Of a DNA stretch of 64,000 nucleotides, positions 34,885 through 43,930 are shown one piece after another (position 1 is the stretch's first letter; each line of letters opens with the position of its first letter). The DNA is from Minisyncoccia bacterium (GTDB lineage: Bacteria; Patescibacteriota; Minisyncoccia; Phycocordibacterales; UBA1006): positions 40,058-104,057 of the forward strand of contig JBGATS010000002.1 in assembly GCA_044229075.1 (NCBI GenBank), read 5' to 3'. Made by a program: the position numbers and the translations under genes. The notes under the pieces were generated by a model. The model was given only the letters and a program-made list of their open reading frames with translations, searched no databases and had not been told where the DNA came from.

Positions 34885-36169
34885 AGCTAATAATTTGTGC
34901 TTTGTTGCCAGCCAACTTTTCGTATCTACTGATGATGAGATCGCAGAATACTGGTTCCATTTCAATACCGTATACAACTCTTTGTAATTGTTCTGCTGCA
35001 ATTAACGTACTTCCTGATCCGAGAAAACTATCAAGGATAATATCGCCAGGGAGTGTGCACCTACGAATCGCTTTCTCATGTAATTCAACAGGTTTTGTCG
35101 TGGCGTGCTTATAATCTTTTCCGCTGACTCTTTTTGCAGTCCAGATATTCACTTCATCAATTGAATCATTACCCGTGGTAATTTCCTTGTTCATGATCTC
35201 GGTTAATCCTTGCTCTTTCTTTGAAAGATACGGATGACCTTTTGTTCCATAGATACATGGCTCATAACACTTATTGAACGCGACCAAGGGCGTTGGGTTG
35301 TGTCCATTTTTGACCCACAAACATACTCGCTTATTCTCAATACCTAATTCTCGATAGAGTACCTGAACTATCCAAATATGTTGTTCTGTATTCCAATAGA
35401 ATACATGTACATCTTTCTTTGAAACTGCCAAGGCGGCTGACATGCTTTGCTTGAGGAAACTTTTGTATTCCTCATCCGTTTTGTTGTCAGTAACAGTTCC
35501 GCCGTAGTTTTGTTTACCACCCAAACCTTTATCATAGTCTAGGTTGATATTGTAAATCGGATCAGAGTAGATCATGGAAGCCTGCTTGTCTTCAAACAAT
35601 CTTTTTAACACTTCAGGATCAGTAGAATCACCGCAGATTATCTTGTGTTTGCCAAGGATGACAATGTCGCCAGTTTTAACTCGGGGTTCTTTAATATTCT
35701 TAAGTTCTTTTGCAACATCAAAGTTCTCAACTTTGGTAGTGATGTTGTTATCCCAGATATTTGCAAGATCAGATTTAGGGAATCCGACTTCTGTGAGTAG
35801 TTCAATATCGAATTCTTTGAGTAGTTCAAAATCCCAATCACCACCAAGCGCATTACTAGAAATCAAATAGCCCTTAGCTTCTTCATCAGTGAGTTTTCTA
35901 TTAGGTACACGAACATCAATAATTTCATTGTCTCGACCGAGTAGCTTGAGAACTTTGATTCGTTGATGACCTGCAAGAATACTGCCATCCACATCAATTG
36001 CAGGTATTTCAACGAGGTTATATTTCTCGAAACTTCGTTTAAGAGCATCTAACTGGCTCGGGCTAATCTTCCGAGGGTTTTTAATGTGAGGCACAAGTTC
36101 AGAAACTGTTCGTGTTTCTGTGTGCCAAGTAAGTTTTGTAGACATAATGAAAACGCAAACCAATATCAA
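34868..36169 (-). CDS. ParB-like nuclease domain fused to N6/N4 DNA methyltransferase (phage-type)
   Basis: ParB/Srx N-domain VSELVPHIKNPRKISPSQLDALKRSFEKYNLVEIPAIDVDGSILAGHQRIKVLKLLG. DPIY (DPPY-like motif IV) SDPIYNINLD. A C-terminal ILDSFLGSGSTLIAAEQLQRVVYGIE (motif I; beta-class order). Confidence 0.8.
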   Translation of the reverse strand: MILVCVFIMSTKLTWHTETRTVSELVPHIKNPRKISPSQLDALKRSFEKYNLVEIPAIDVDGSILAGHQRIKVLKLLGRDNEIIDVRVPNRKLTDEEAKGYLISSNALGGDWDFELLKEFDIELLTEVGFPKSDLANIWDNNITTKVENFDVAKELKNIKEPRVKTGDIVILGKHKIICGDSTDPEVLKRLFEDKQASMIYSDPIYNINLDYDKGLGGKQNYGGTVTDNKTDEEYKSFLKQSMSAALAVSKKDVHVFYWNTEQHIWIVQVLYRELGIENKRVCLWVKNGHNPTPLVAFNKCYEPCIYGTKGHPYLSKKEQGLTEIMNKEITTGNDSIDEVNIWTAKRVSGKDYKHATTKPVELHEKAIRRCTLPGDIILDSFLGSGSTLIAAEQLQRVVYGIEMEPVFCDLIISRYEKLAGNKAQIISYEKAS

Positions 36170-36537
36170 GATATTGGCAACTAAATTAATAAAAAATCGG
36201 TTTGCGATATGTCCTTCCGCTGATACTATGTGACTACTTAGAGTCTGGTGACCATGTGCTAGAACAATGTTGCAAATAAAGTATATGATTTATTTGATAC
36301 AAAGTAAACAAAAAAGCATTATAAATAAGTACTTTTTGAGGAAAGTGTAATATGCACTGTATAGTGGATATTCGATTAAAAATTTGATTGACGGATTTTA
36401 GTTATCCACAGTTTTATTTTTCAGTATCAAGATCTGACAAAAAATTGTATCAGTTTTAGATAGTAAGGACTGTCACTTTTGTCACTTTTTTGATAGAATT
36501 ATAATACAAACATATTTTCACTTACTATAGAAAAACT
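36170..36537. other. AT-rich intergenic region with nested palindromes and DnaA-box-like motifs (candidate replication origin of the element)
   Basis: Nested inverted repeat CGCAAACC-AATATC-AA-GATATTGG...GGTTTGCG at 36175-36230. A perfect TTATCCACA at 36403-36411. An inverted near-copy AGTGGATAT at about 36362. A tandem GTCACTTTT x2 at 36471-36488. Confidence 0.35.
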
Positions 36538-37278
36538 ATGAATAATGAATTACTCAAAAACTGTAAAAAATTATTGAATGCTTACAAAGATGGTCTTTTA
36601 GGTCAAACAATAATGCCCGAGGATACAAACCCTGGTTTTTCCGATAGTGAGGCAGAATTAAGAATTGCATATTTTACTCTTCCTATGGCACTAAACTATC
36701 AACGTGATAGTTACAAACTTTGGGAAGCCGCCCTCAAGACTTTTAATGATCCCGAAACTAAATTTGTGTTTAATGTAGCTAAAGTATCCCAAGCACCTGA
36801 AGAAGATTTAAGAAATGCTTTGATGAAATATAAGCTTGCTTTACAGCCAAATAAACATATAAATACATGGAGGACTATTGCTCATACTATTAATGATAAC
36901 TGGGGTTCCTTTGTAAAATTCTTTGAGTCAAATATTGGTGATTTTCTCAATTTAAAACAGAAAGTCAAAGTAGAGCACAAGAAAGGATTCCCATATCTAT
37001 CAGGACCGAAGATTTTCAATTACTGGTCTTTTATTATGACGACTTATGGCGGTATAAAATTATCTAATCGTGACTGGATTGAAATTGCTCCAGATACACA
37101 CATAACTCAATGCTCTGTGAAGTTAGGAGCTATAACACCTGATGAAGCGGTGAGTCTTACCAAAGATCAAATTTCTGAAAGATGGCGGAAACTATTAATG
37201 GGAAGTAGTATTGATCCAATCGACATGCACTCGCCATTGTGGTTCTGGAGTAGGAATGGATTTCTATATAAATTATAA
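36538..37278 (+). CDS. HhH-GPD superfamily DNA glycosylase-like protein
   Basis: FPYLSGPKIFNYWSFIMTTYGGIKLSNRDWIEIAPDTHITQCSVKLGAI matches the helix-hairpin-helix plus I.VDTHV.R pattern of the EndoIII/MagIII family. An Asp-containing GSSIDPID follows. Confidence 0.45.
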   Translation: MNNELLKNCKKLLNAYKDGLLGQTIMPEDTNPGFSDSEAELRIAYFTLPMALNYQRDSYKLWEAALKTFNDPETKFVFNVAKVSQAPEEDLRNALMKYKLALQPNKHINTWRTIAHTINDNWGSFVKFFESNIGDFLNLKQKVKVEHKKGFPYLSGPKIFNYWSFIMTTYGGIKLSNRDWIEIAPDTHITQCSVKLGAITPDEAVSLTKDQISERWRKLLMGSSIDPIDMHSPLWFWSRNGFLYKL

Positions 37279-37440
37279 ATTTTTTAGTCTCTCGAGAAGG
37301 GTCAGAAAAATTATTAGAAAATACTAAAAATAACCTTACAGGGTAATGAATCAAAAGGTTCTATCTCGAAAAGGCTCACCAACTCGTGCTAGCACGAGAA
37401 GTATACAAAAACAGCCAATCTTTGGCTGTTTTTGTATCAT

Positions 37441-38382
37441 TTATTTAGTTTTTAATTCCATATAAATATCCTCAACCGCTTTTACGGCGTCACCTGCAGC
37501 AATATTATTTTGATGATAGTAAATATCGGTACAGTCACCAGCTGCCCAGATTCCAGACAGGGAAGAAGCTTGAGTCCACGGATTAATTTTTATATTTCCA
37601 AATTCGTTTTTATCTACTAAATTATTCAAATATCCAGTGTTTGGAATCTGACCAACCTCGACAAAAATTCCGTTTACGTTCAAAATTTCCTCAACATTAT
37701 CATTATTTTTGATTTTCAATCCGGTGACAAATTTTTCGCCAATTACCTCTATTGGTTGGGTATTTTTCATAATTTTCAAATTTGGGTGTTGAGATAATTT
37801 TTCAACAGTAATTTGATCAGCTTTGAAGTGATCGCTACGATTGATTAAATAAACCGTAGGGCAATAGGCAAGGAGTTGCACAGCAGACTCAAATCCTGCA
37901 TTTCCACCACCAATAACAGCTACGGGCATACCAGAAAACAATGGCCCATCACATGACGCACAATAGACAACACCACGATTTTCAAATTGATCAGCGCCAG
38001 GAATAGTGAGTTTGCGACGAGAACTACCTGTAGTTACCAGTATCGTTTTTGTGGTATAGATTTCCTTGCTTGTTACAACAGAAAAACCATTATCCGTTTT
38101 GGTCACAGATTCAACCATTTGTCCTGTGAAAATATCAAGAAATTCACCCTTGTAATATTCAACATGTGATTTCAAGTTCTTTGCCAAGTCTGCACCTGCA
38201 ATTTCAGGTGTTCCAATCCAGTTGTAGATGGTTTCTGATACGACAGATTGTCCACCAAATTCAGTAGTAATAATTGCAGTTGATAATTGTTTGCGTGCTG
38301 CGTATACAGCTGCTGCACATCCAGCAGGCCCGCCGCCGATGATGATAAGGTCGTAGGTTTTCATAGGGTAATAGTATAACAT
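37441..38382 (-). CDS. trxB: Thioredoxin reductase
   Basis: YDLIIIGGGPAGCAAAVYAA (FAD), CASCDG redox-active disulfide, VIGGGNAGFESA (NADPH). Confidence 0.9.
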   Translation of the reverse strand: MLYYYPMKTYDLIIIGGGPAGCAAAVYAARKQLSTAIITTEFGGQSVVSETIYNWIGTPEIAGADLAKNLKSHVEYYKGEFLDIFTGQMVESVTKTDNGFSVVTSKEIYTTKTILVTTGSSRRKLTIPGADQFENRGVVYCASCDGPLFSGMPVAVIGGGNAGFESAVQLLAYCPTVYLINRSDHFKADQITVEKLSQHPNLKIMKNTQPIEVIGEKFVTGLKIKNNDNVEEILNVNGIFVEVGQIPNTGYLNNLVDKNEFGNIKINPWTQASSLSGIWAAGDCTDIYYHQNNIAAGDAVKAVEDIYMELKTK

Positions 38383-38497
38383 ATTATATAATAATGCAGT
38401 ACTTTCCCTGATCTTTTAAGCAGAAAATACTGTATTTGACAGAAAATTATCTATAGAAAAATAAAAATTCCCACATAATATATGAGAATTTTTAGTA

Positions 38498-39727
38498 TTA
38501 TTTCTTCCGTCGTAGAAACGCTGGAACCGCAGACCAATCATCTTCATCATCACTGATTTCCTCGATAACACGTTGAGGTGAAGTCATTGAAGACTGTTGA
38601 GTCTGAATAAAAGGTTGTTCGTCTAACGGTTCTTCAATAATAGGAGCTTTTTGTGTGAGTCGTTGAACAAACGGTGATTGAGTATTCTGTGCGGAGGTAT
38701 TTTTCTTTGAATTTCCTTGGAATCCTGTTGCAATAACGGTAACCTTGATCTCACCTTTTTTCAACTTATCATCATGGATAGGTCCAAAGATAATTTTTGC
38801 CTCTGGGTCAACTGAATCAGTAACTACCTGCGCAATCTGGTGTACTTCGTGCATGGTCAAATCATCACCACCTGCAATCGCAAAGAGAACTCCTTTTGCT
38901 CCAGATATCGCAACATCCAAGAGTGGGGAATTGATAGCTTCATAGGCAGCTTCTTCTGCTCGATTTTCACCACTGGCAATACCAATTCCCATGAATGCTG
39001 ATCCGGCATTTTGCATAACAGATTTAATATCTGCAAAATCGATATTGATGATTCCTTGGGTAGTGATGAGTTCAGAAATGCCTTCTACTGCTTGGCGGAG
39101 GATTTCATCAGACATAGCGAATGCATCCTTGAAAGTAGTATCCTTTGAGGTAATGGTGAGTAGACGATCGTTCGGTACCGTGATCAGTGCGTCAACGTTT
39201 TTCTCAAGTTCAGAGAGTCCGCTTTCCGCAATACGGTTACGTTGCTGTCCCTCGAAAGAGAATGGTTTTGTAACAACACCAATGGTGAGCGCGCCTTGAT
39301 CTTTTGCAATACTCGCAACGATTGGGGCAGCACCTGTTCCTGTCCCACCACCCATACCACAAGCAATAAATACCATATCAGCACCTTTAATTGCCTCTTG
39401 AATTTCTGCCTTTGTTTCCTCGGCTGCTTCACGACCTGTTTCTGGATTCATTCCAGTACCCTGACCACGTGTTAGGTTTCGTCCAATATGGATCTTTTTT
39501 GGTGCAAGTGAATTATGGAGATCCTGGGTGTCGGTATTCATACAAATGAATTCAACACCATCAACTTTTGAATTAATCATGTGATTGAGCGCATTGCGAC
39601 CAGATCCACCAACACCAACAACCTTAATACGTGCAATAGTTTCAATTTCAGGGTTTATTTTAGCCATAAAGTAAAGAGTATCCACCAGATTTGGCAGAAT
39701 GAGTTTAATCAATAATAATAAATTCAT
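38498..39727 (-). CDS. ftsZ: Cell division protein FtsZ
   Basis: IKVVGVGGSGRNALNHMI and GGGTGTGAAPIVASIAK (tubulin signature). C-terminal acidic tail ending DDWSAVPAFLRRKK. Confidence 0.95.
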   Translation of the reverse strand: MNLLLLIKLILPNLVDTLYFMAKINPEIETIARIKVVGVGGSGRNALNHMINSKVDGVEFICMNTDTQDLHNSLAPKKIHIGRNLTRGQGTGMNPETGREAAEETKAEIQEAIKGADMVFIACGMGGGTGTGAAPIVASIAKDQGALTIGVVTKPFSFEGQQRNRIAESGLSELEKNVDALITVPNDRLLTITSKDTTFKDAFAMSDEILRQAVEGISELITTQGIINIDFADIKSVMQNAGSAFMGIGIASGENRAEEAAYEAINSPLLDVAISGAKGVLFAIAGGDDLTMHEVHQIAQVVTDSVDPEAKIIFGPIHDDKLKKGEIKVTVIATGFQGNSKKNTSAQNTQSPFVQRLTQKAPIIEEPLDEQPFIQTQQSSMTSPQRVIEEISDDEDDWSAVPAFLRRKK

Positions 39728-39868
39728 TATATCAAGTTTTTTCAGAAGTTACAACAACCTCGTATACCACATTTACTATTAGAGAATAATTTTTAAAAGA
39801 ACGCAAATAGTTAATTACCAGTAAATGACTAGAGTATTTTTTAAAAAAATGGTACACTAAAACCGTTT

Positions 39869-40153
39869 ATGAAACATTCAAAAATTATTTTGACCATTGG
39901 GATTTGGTTTCTGATTATTCCACTATTAGGAATTCCTTTATCAGTCAAGAAATTTCTCTTGGTTATTCCAGCACTTTTACTCATTGCGATGGCAATTACC
40001 GCAATTCGTAATGAACGTGATGATTTTCCAAATATTTCCTCAGATCACGAGGAACTCATCCATGAAGTTGCCGAGGATATTGCTGATGATATTATTAATC
40101 ATGCAGACGAGGTTACTACTCACGAGATGAAAAAACTAAGAGATATTTTATAA
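39869..40153 (+). CDS. Small membrane protein, hypothetical
   Basis: Two TM helices and an acidic C-terminus. TGGTACACT lies upstream. Confidence 0.35.
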   Translation: MKHSKIILTIGIWFLIIPLLGIPLSVKKFLLVIPALLLIAMAITAIRNERDDFPNISSDHEELIHEVAEDIADDIINHADEVTTHEMKKLRDIL

Positions 40154-40155
40154 TT

Positions 40156-41343
40156 ATGCATACACCTAAAAAACCATTTATTATTACAGGAATACTCCTC
40201 GCTATAATTGTTGGTTTTTTTGTTTTCGGTTTTTTCTTTTCTGGTGCTCAGAGCTCTACACAACCTATCGTAGTCGATCAAATCCCTCCCGAAAATACTA
40301 TACAAAATGAACAATTGATACCTATGGCCAAGGAAAATCAAGAAGTGGATTCGTCGGTTGGTTTTCATCAAAAAACACCTGAAACAGTTCGTGCATTGTA
40401 TATGTCAGCATGGACTGCTAGCAGTATAAAGGATCGCGAAAAATTATTAAAAACAATAGAATCATCGAATTCTATCAATGCAGTTGTATTAGATATTAAG
40501 GATGCAACAGGGAGAGTATCATTTCTGGTTAATGATCCTATTGTTGCAAATACGGGGTCACCAGAAAATAAGATTTCCAATATTCGCGAATTTATTCAAC
40601 AACTTCATGAAAAGAATATCTATATTATTGGCCGTATATCAGTTTTTCAGGACCCTTATCTGACTAAAAAATATCCCGAATGGGCAATACAAAGTATTTC
40701 AAAAAAATCTCCATGGAAAGATAGAAAAGGACTTTCTTTTCTTGACCCAACAGAGGATGCGGTACATGAATACATTATTGCGCTTGCCCGAGCATCGTAT
40801 GAGATTGGTTTTGATGAGATTAATTTTGACTATATTCGATTCCCGTCTGATGGAAATATGCAAGATATTCGCTACCCAGAAAATTCTGGTACTCGATCAG
40901 AAATACTGGAGAGATTTTTCAAGAAGCTCCATAATGAAATGATTATTGATCAGATTCCAACATCGGCAGACCTCTTTGGATTAACAACTGAAGCTATCGA
41001 CGATATGGGAATTGGACAAGTTCTCGAAAAAATATTGCCGTACTTTGACTTTATTGCTCCAATGATTTATCCTTCTCATTATGGTAAAGGGTATCAAGGG
41101 TTTTCTAATCCTGCAGAGCATCCTTACACGGTAGTAAAAAGTGCTATGCAACAAGGTATTGCACGCGCAGCGAATATGGAACTTTCTCCAAATAAGTTTC
41201 GTCCATGGATTCAAGATTTTGACATGGGAGCTTCCTATGGTACTACAGAAATCCTTGATCAGATTAAAGCGCTTGAAGAATTACACATTCAGAGCTTTAT
41301 GGTATGGGATCCGGCAAATCGTTATACACAAAATGTTTATTAA
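40156..41343 (+). CDS. Membrane-anchored TIM-barrel glycoside-hydrolase-like protein (DUF4015/GHL-type), putative
   Basis: N-terminal TM. Motifs VRALYMSAWTA...INAVVLDIKDATG and FDEINFDYIRFP resemble the YngK/DUF4015 family. Confidence 0.35.
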   Translation: MHTPKKPFIITGILLAIIVGFFVFGFFFSGAQSSTQPIVVDQIPPENTIQNEQLIPMAKENQEVDSSVGFHQKTPETVRALYMSAWTASSIKDREKLLKTIESSNSINAVVLDIKDATGRVSFLVNDPIVANTGSPENKISNIREFIQQLHEKNIYIIGRISVFQDPYLTKKYPEWAIQSISKKSPWKDRKGLSFLDPTEDAVHEYIIALARASYEIGFDEINFDYIRFPSDGNMQDIRYPENSGTRSEILERFFKKLHNEMIIDQIPTSADLFGLTTEAIDDMGIGQVLEKILPYFDFIAPMIYPSHYGKGYQGFSNPAEHPYTVVKSAMQQGIARAANMELSPNKFRPWIQDFDMGASYGTTEILDQIKALEELHIQSFMVWDPANRYTQNVY

Positions 41344-42570
41344 ATGTACTTATATATTATGTATTCACCTCAACACAAAAAAATTATTCAAAATACCTTA
41401 ATAGTTATTGGGATAATTTTTGCGTTTTTCCTTGGGTATATTTTTGGTAATAAAAATACTACTACCAATGCTGCAGATCAACAAAATCAATTAATTACGA
41501 CACGTGGAGACTTTACTCAGTTTTGGAATGTATGGAGTCTCCTAGATGAAAAATATCCTTTCAAAGAGAAAATACCGGCAGATACCGACCGTATGTATGG
41601 GGCAATCGCGGGAATGGTTGCATCGTTCAAGGATCCGTATACTATGTTTTTTCCACCAAAGGAAGCAAAACTTTTTGCAGAGGATGTCAAGGGTGAATTC
41701 AGTGGTGTCGGCATGGAAGTAGGGATGAAAGATGGAATTTTAACAGTAATTAGCCCCTTAAAAGGGTCTCCTGCTGAACAATCGGGTGTATTAGCAGGCG
41801 ATTATATTGTTAAAGTTGATGGAAAAACAACTGAGGGGATGTCGCCAGAAGAGGCAATCACACTTATACGAGGAAAGGCGGGCACATCTGTAATACTTAC
41901 TATTGCACGAAAAGGGGATAGTAATTTTCAAGATATTACAATTGTTCGAGAAACTATTGCAATGCCGATTATTGAAACAAAAATTGACGGGGATATTTTC
42001 ATTATTAATTTCTACAGCTTTTCTGAAACATCACCAAAATTGTTTGCTGATGCGTTTCAAAAATTTAAGGAGAGTGGTTTGAAAAAAATGATTATTGATT
42101 TGCGAAATAATCCTGGCGGGTATATGGATGCAGCAGTTGATATTGGGAGTTATTTTATCCCTCAAGGAAAAATTATCATTCGTGAAAGTTTTGGGGAAAC
42201 TCAACCAGAAACAATATATAGAAGTAATGGTACTGATGAAATGTTGCAGCGTAATTTTAAGTTGATCGTACTCGTAAATGGCGGATCAGCATCGGCATCA
42301 GAAATTCTCGCAGGAGCTCTTTCAGAGCATGGAGTTGCAAAAACGGTTGGAACACAAACTTTTGGAAAAGGGTCTGTGCAAGAATTAATTCCATTAACCG
42401 ATGGTTCATCAGTAAAAATTACTGTTGCAAAATGGTTTACCCCCAATGGAATTTCAATTTCTGAAAAAGGAATTACCCCTGATTATGTGGTAACGCCTGG
42501 TGATACAAAATCTGGTACAGATACAGTCCTCGACGAGGCAAAAAAATTATTAGGAACAACAAAAAAATAA
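41344..42570 (+). CDS. ctpA: C-terminal processing peptidase (S41, Ctp/Prc) with PDZ domain
   Basis: FSGVGMEVGMKDGILTVISPLKGSPAEQSGVLAGDYIVKVDG (PDZ), IIDLRNNPGGYMDAAVDIG and ASASEILAGAL (S41 catalytic region). Confidence 0.8.
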   Translation: MYLYIMYSPQHKKIIQNTLIVIGIIFAFFLGYIFGNKNTTTNAADQQNQLITTRGDFTQFWNVWSLLDEKYPFKEKIPADTDRMYGAIAGMVASFKDPYTMFFPPKEAKLFAEDVKGEFSGVGMEVGMKDGILTVISPLKGSPAEQSGVLAGDYIVKVDGKTTEGMSPEEAITLIRGKAGTSVILTIARKGDSNFQDITIVRETIAMPIIETKIDGDIFIINFYSFSETSPKLFADAFQKFKESGLKKMIIDLRNNPGGYMDAAVDIGSYFIPQGKIIIRESFGETQPETIYRSNGTDEMLQRNFKLIVLVNGGSASASEILAGALSEHGVAKTVGTQTFGKGSVQELIPLTDGSSVKITVAKWFTPNGISISEKGITPDYVVTPGDTKSGTDTVLDEAKKLLGTTKK

Positions 42571-42579
42571 TTATTATTT

Positions 42580-43020
42580 ATGAAAGTATTTTTTATTAAA
42601 AATTTGAAAGGAAAAGGAAAGATTGGTGATATTGTAGAAGTATCCGATGGATATGCAATGAATTATCTGGTCAAAGGAGGCTACGCAGTGCGAGCGACCG
42701 AAGAGGTTGTTCGACGACACAGCCAAGAAAAAGCCCTCCATGATGCAGAAGAAAAACAACAGGAAGAAAAAATTCAACAAGATTTTGCAATGATTAATAA
42801 AAAAATAATAACACTTGTAGCGACACAAAAAGATTTAAAAGGGAAATTATATCAATCAATTCGTATTGAAGAAATCATTTCAGAAATTCGAAATCGGTAT
42901 AAAGTATTTCTCGATAAAAAATACGCAGATCACTACATACCTATTAAGACAATAGGGAAGTATGAAGTTTCATTTTCGTCCGGTACTAATAAAGGTATTA
43001 TAACTGTTATTGTTCAATAA
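42580..43020 (+). CDS. rplI: 50S ribosomal protein L9
   Basis: [37 protein letters not shown] is the L9 N-domain signature. Confidence 0.85.
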   Translation: MKVFFIKNLKGKGKIGDIVEVSDGYAMNYLVKGGYAVRATEEVVRRHSQEKALHDAEEKQQEEKIQQDFAMINKKIITLVATQKDLKGKLYQSIRIEEIISEIRNRYKVFLDKKYADHYIPIKTIGKYEVSFSSGTNKGIITVIVQ

Positions 43021-43022
43021 AA

Positions 43023-43052
43023 AACCTCCTTGATGTACAAGAAGGTTTTTTA
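43023..43052. terminator. Bidirectional terminator between rplI and rpmA
   Basis: aacctccttg-atgta-caagaaggtt followed by T6. Confidence 0.7.
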
Positions 43053-43328
43053 TTGTGAGATAACGTTCGCAACTTTTTTATTAGTTGTTGTACCATTAAA
43101 TTTCTCTTTTCTTTTCGTAGAGAATTTTACCTTTCCAGGTTTTGTCGCAAAGAGGGTATGATCTTTTCCAACAGAAACATTTGTTCCGGCCAAAATACGG
43201 GTACCACGCTGACGAACAATGATTGCTCCGGTTTGTGCAAATTCACCATCGTATAATTTTGTACCAAGATATTTTGGATTTGAATCAGTAAGGTTTTTTG
43301 CGGAACCTGCCGCTTTTCGGGTTGCCAT
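43050..43328 (-). CDS. rpmA: 50S ribosomal protein L27
   Basis: [12 protein letters not shown]...[34 protein letters not shown]. Confidence 0.9.
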   Translation of the reverse strand: MATRKAAGSAKNLTDSNPKYLGTKLYDGEFAQTGAIIVRQRGTRILAGTNVSVGKDHTLFATKPGKVKFSTKRKEKFNGTTTNKKVANVISQ

Positions 43329-43416
43329 AGTGTATAAATAATAATTACTTTATTTTTAATAATATGCTATAATGAGCAGTATAACCTAAAAGGTAAAATT
43401 AATCAAGTACTTTTTT

Positions 43417-43887
43417 ATGGAAGAAAAAATTGTTTCCTTTATTAAAAAACCGGCAACACTGCGGTTAGTGTATTTCATTGGGTGCATGGCACTGTCTTTT
43501 TTCTTTGGGGTATATGCCCATTATTCACTAACAGAAGAAAGGAATAGTCCAACATTAGTAATTCCCGAACAACCACTTCCTCTGGCATATCGATACAAGA
43601 ATCCAGAGATAGCAAATCCATATGATCTATTACCTGCAGTTTCGATGGCAACATCATCAGGAGAAGATAATTCGGGAACAGTATTAAGTGGTACTAACCA
43701 AGACGAAGAGGTGCCTGCTCAAAAACCAACACAAAATTATGCCTTTGTAGCATCAAAAACAGGTTCAAAATATTATCCAGTTGACTGTGGGAGTGTCTCA
43801 CGGATTAAGCCAGAAAATAGAGTTTATTTTGCAACAGAGACAGCAGCTCTTGAAAAAGGATATGAACGAACGAGTGCGTGTAAATAA
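43417..43887 (+). CDS. Membrane-anchored hypothetical protein with Ada-metal-binding-like C-terminal segment
   Basis: One TM. C-terminus YYPVDCGSVSRIKPENRVYFATETAALEKGYERTSAC resembles the Ada N-domain pattern but has only two Cys. Confidence 0.3.
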   Translation: MEEKIVSFIKKPATLRLVYFIGCMALSFFFGVYAHYSLTEERNSPTLVIPEQPLPLAYRYKNPEIANPYDLLPAVSMATSSGEDNSGTVLSGTNQDEEVPAQKPTQNYAFVASKTGSKYYPVDCGSVSRIKPENRVYFATETAALEKGYERTSACK

Positions 43888-43930
43888 AAATAGTTGAATC
43901 TACTCTCAGAACATTTTAGAAACTTATTCT

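Larger units (their letters stand above)
25431..37303. mobile_element. Approx. 11.9-kb integrated genomic island downstream of tRNA-Glu (R-M module, serine recombinase, modification-enzyme cassette, phage-like genes)
   Basis: The 13-bp direct repeat CTCGAGAAGGGTC occurs at 25431-25443 and 37291-37303. The gene content is entirely accessory and more AT-rich than the flanking core (tlyA ... trxB). A recombinase lies inside. Core genes resume at 37441. Confidence 0.5.

Noticed and set aside
34868-35001. 134-nt overlap between the TerS-like and ParB-methyltransferase ORFs
   Set aside because: It is resolved by choosing the internal Met (34884) as the TerS-like start. The long overlap would be atypical.
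25431-37303. Treating the 13-bp direct repeat as a proven att site
   Set aside because: Roughly tens of 13-mer coincidences are expected by chance in 64 kb on both strands. Serine-recombinase elements do not make long target duplications. The repeat is kept only as supporting evidence for the island edges.
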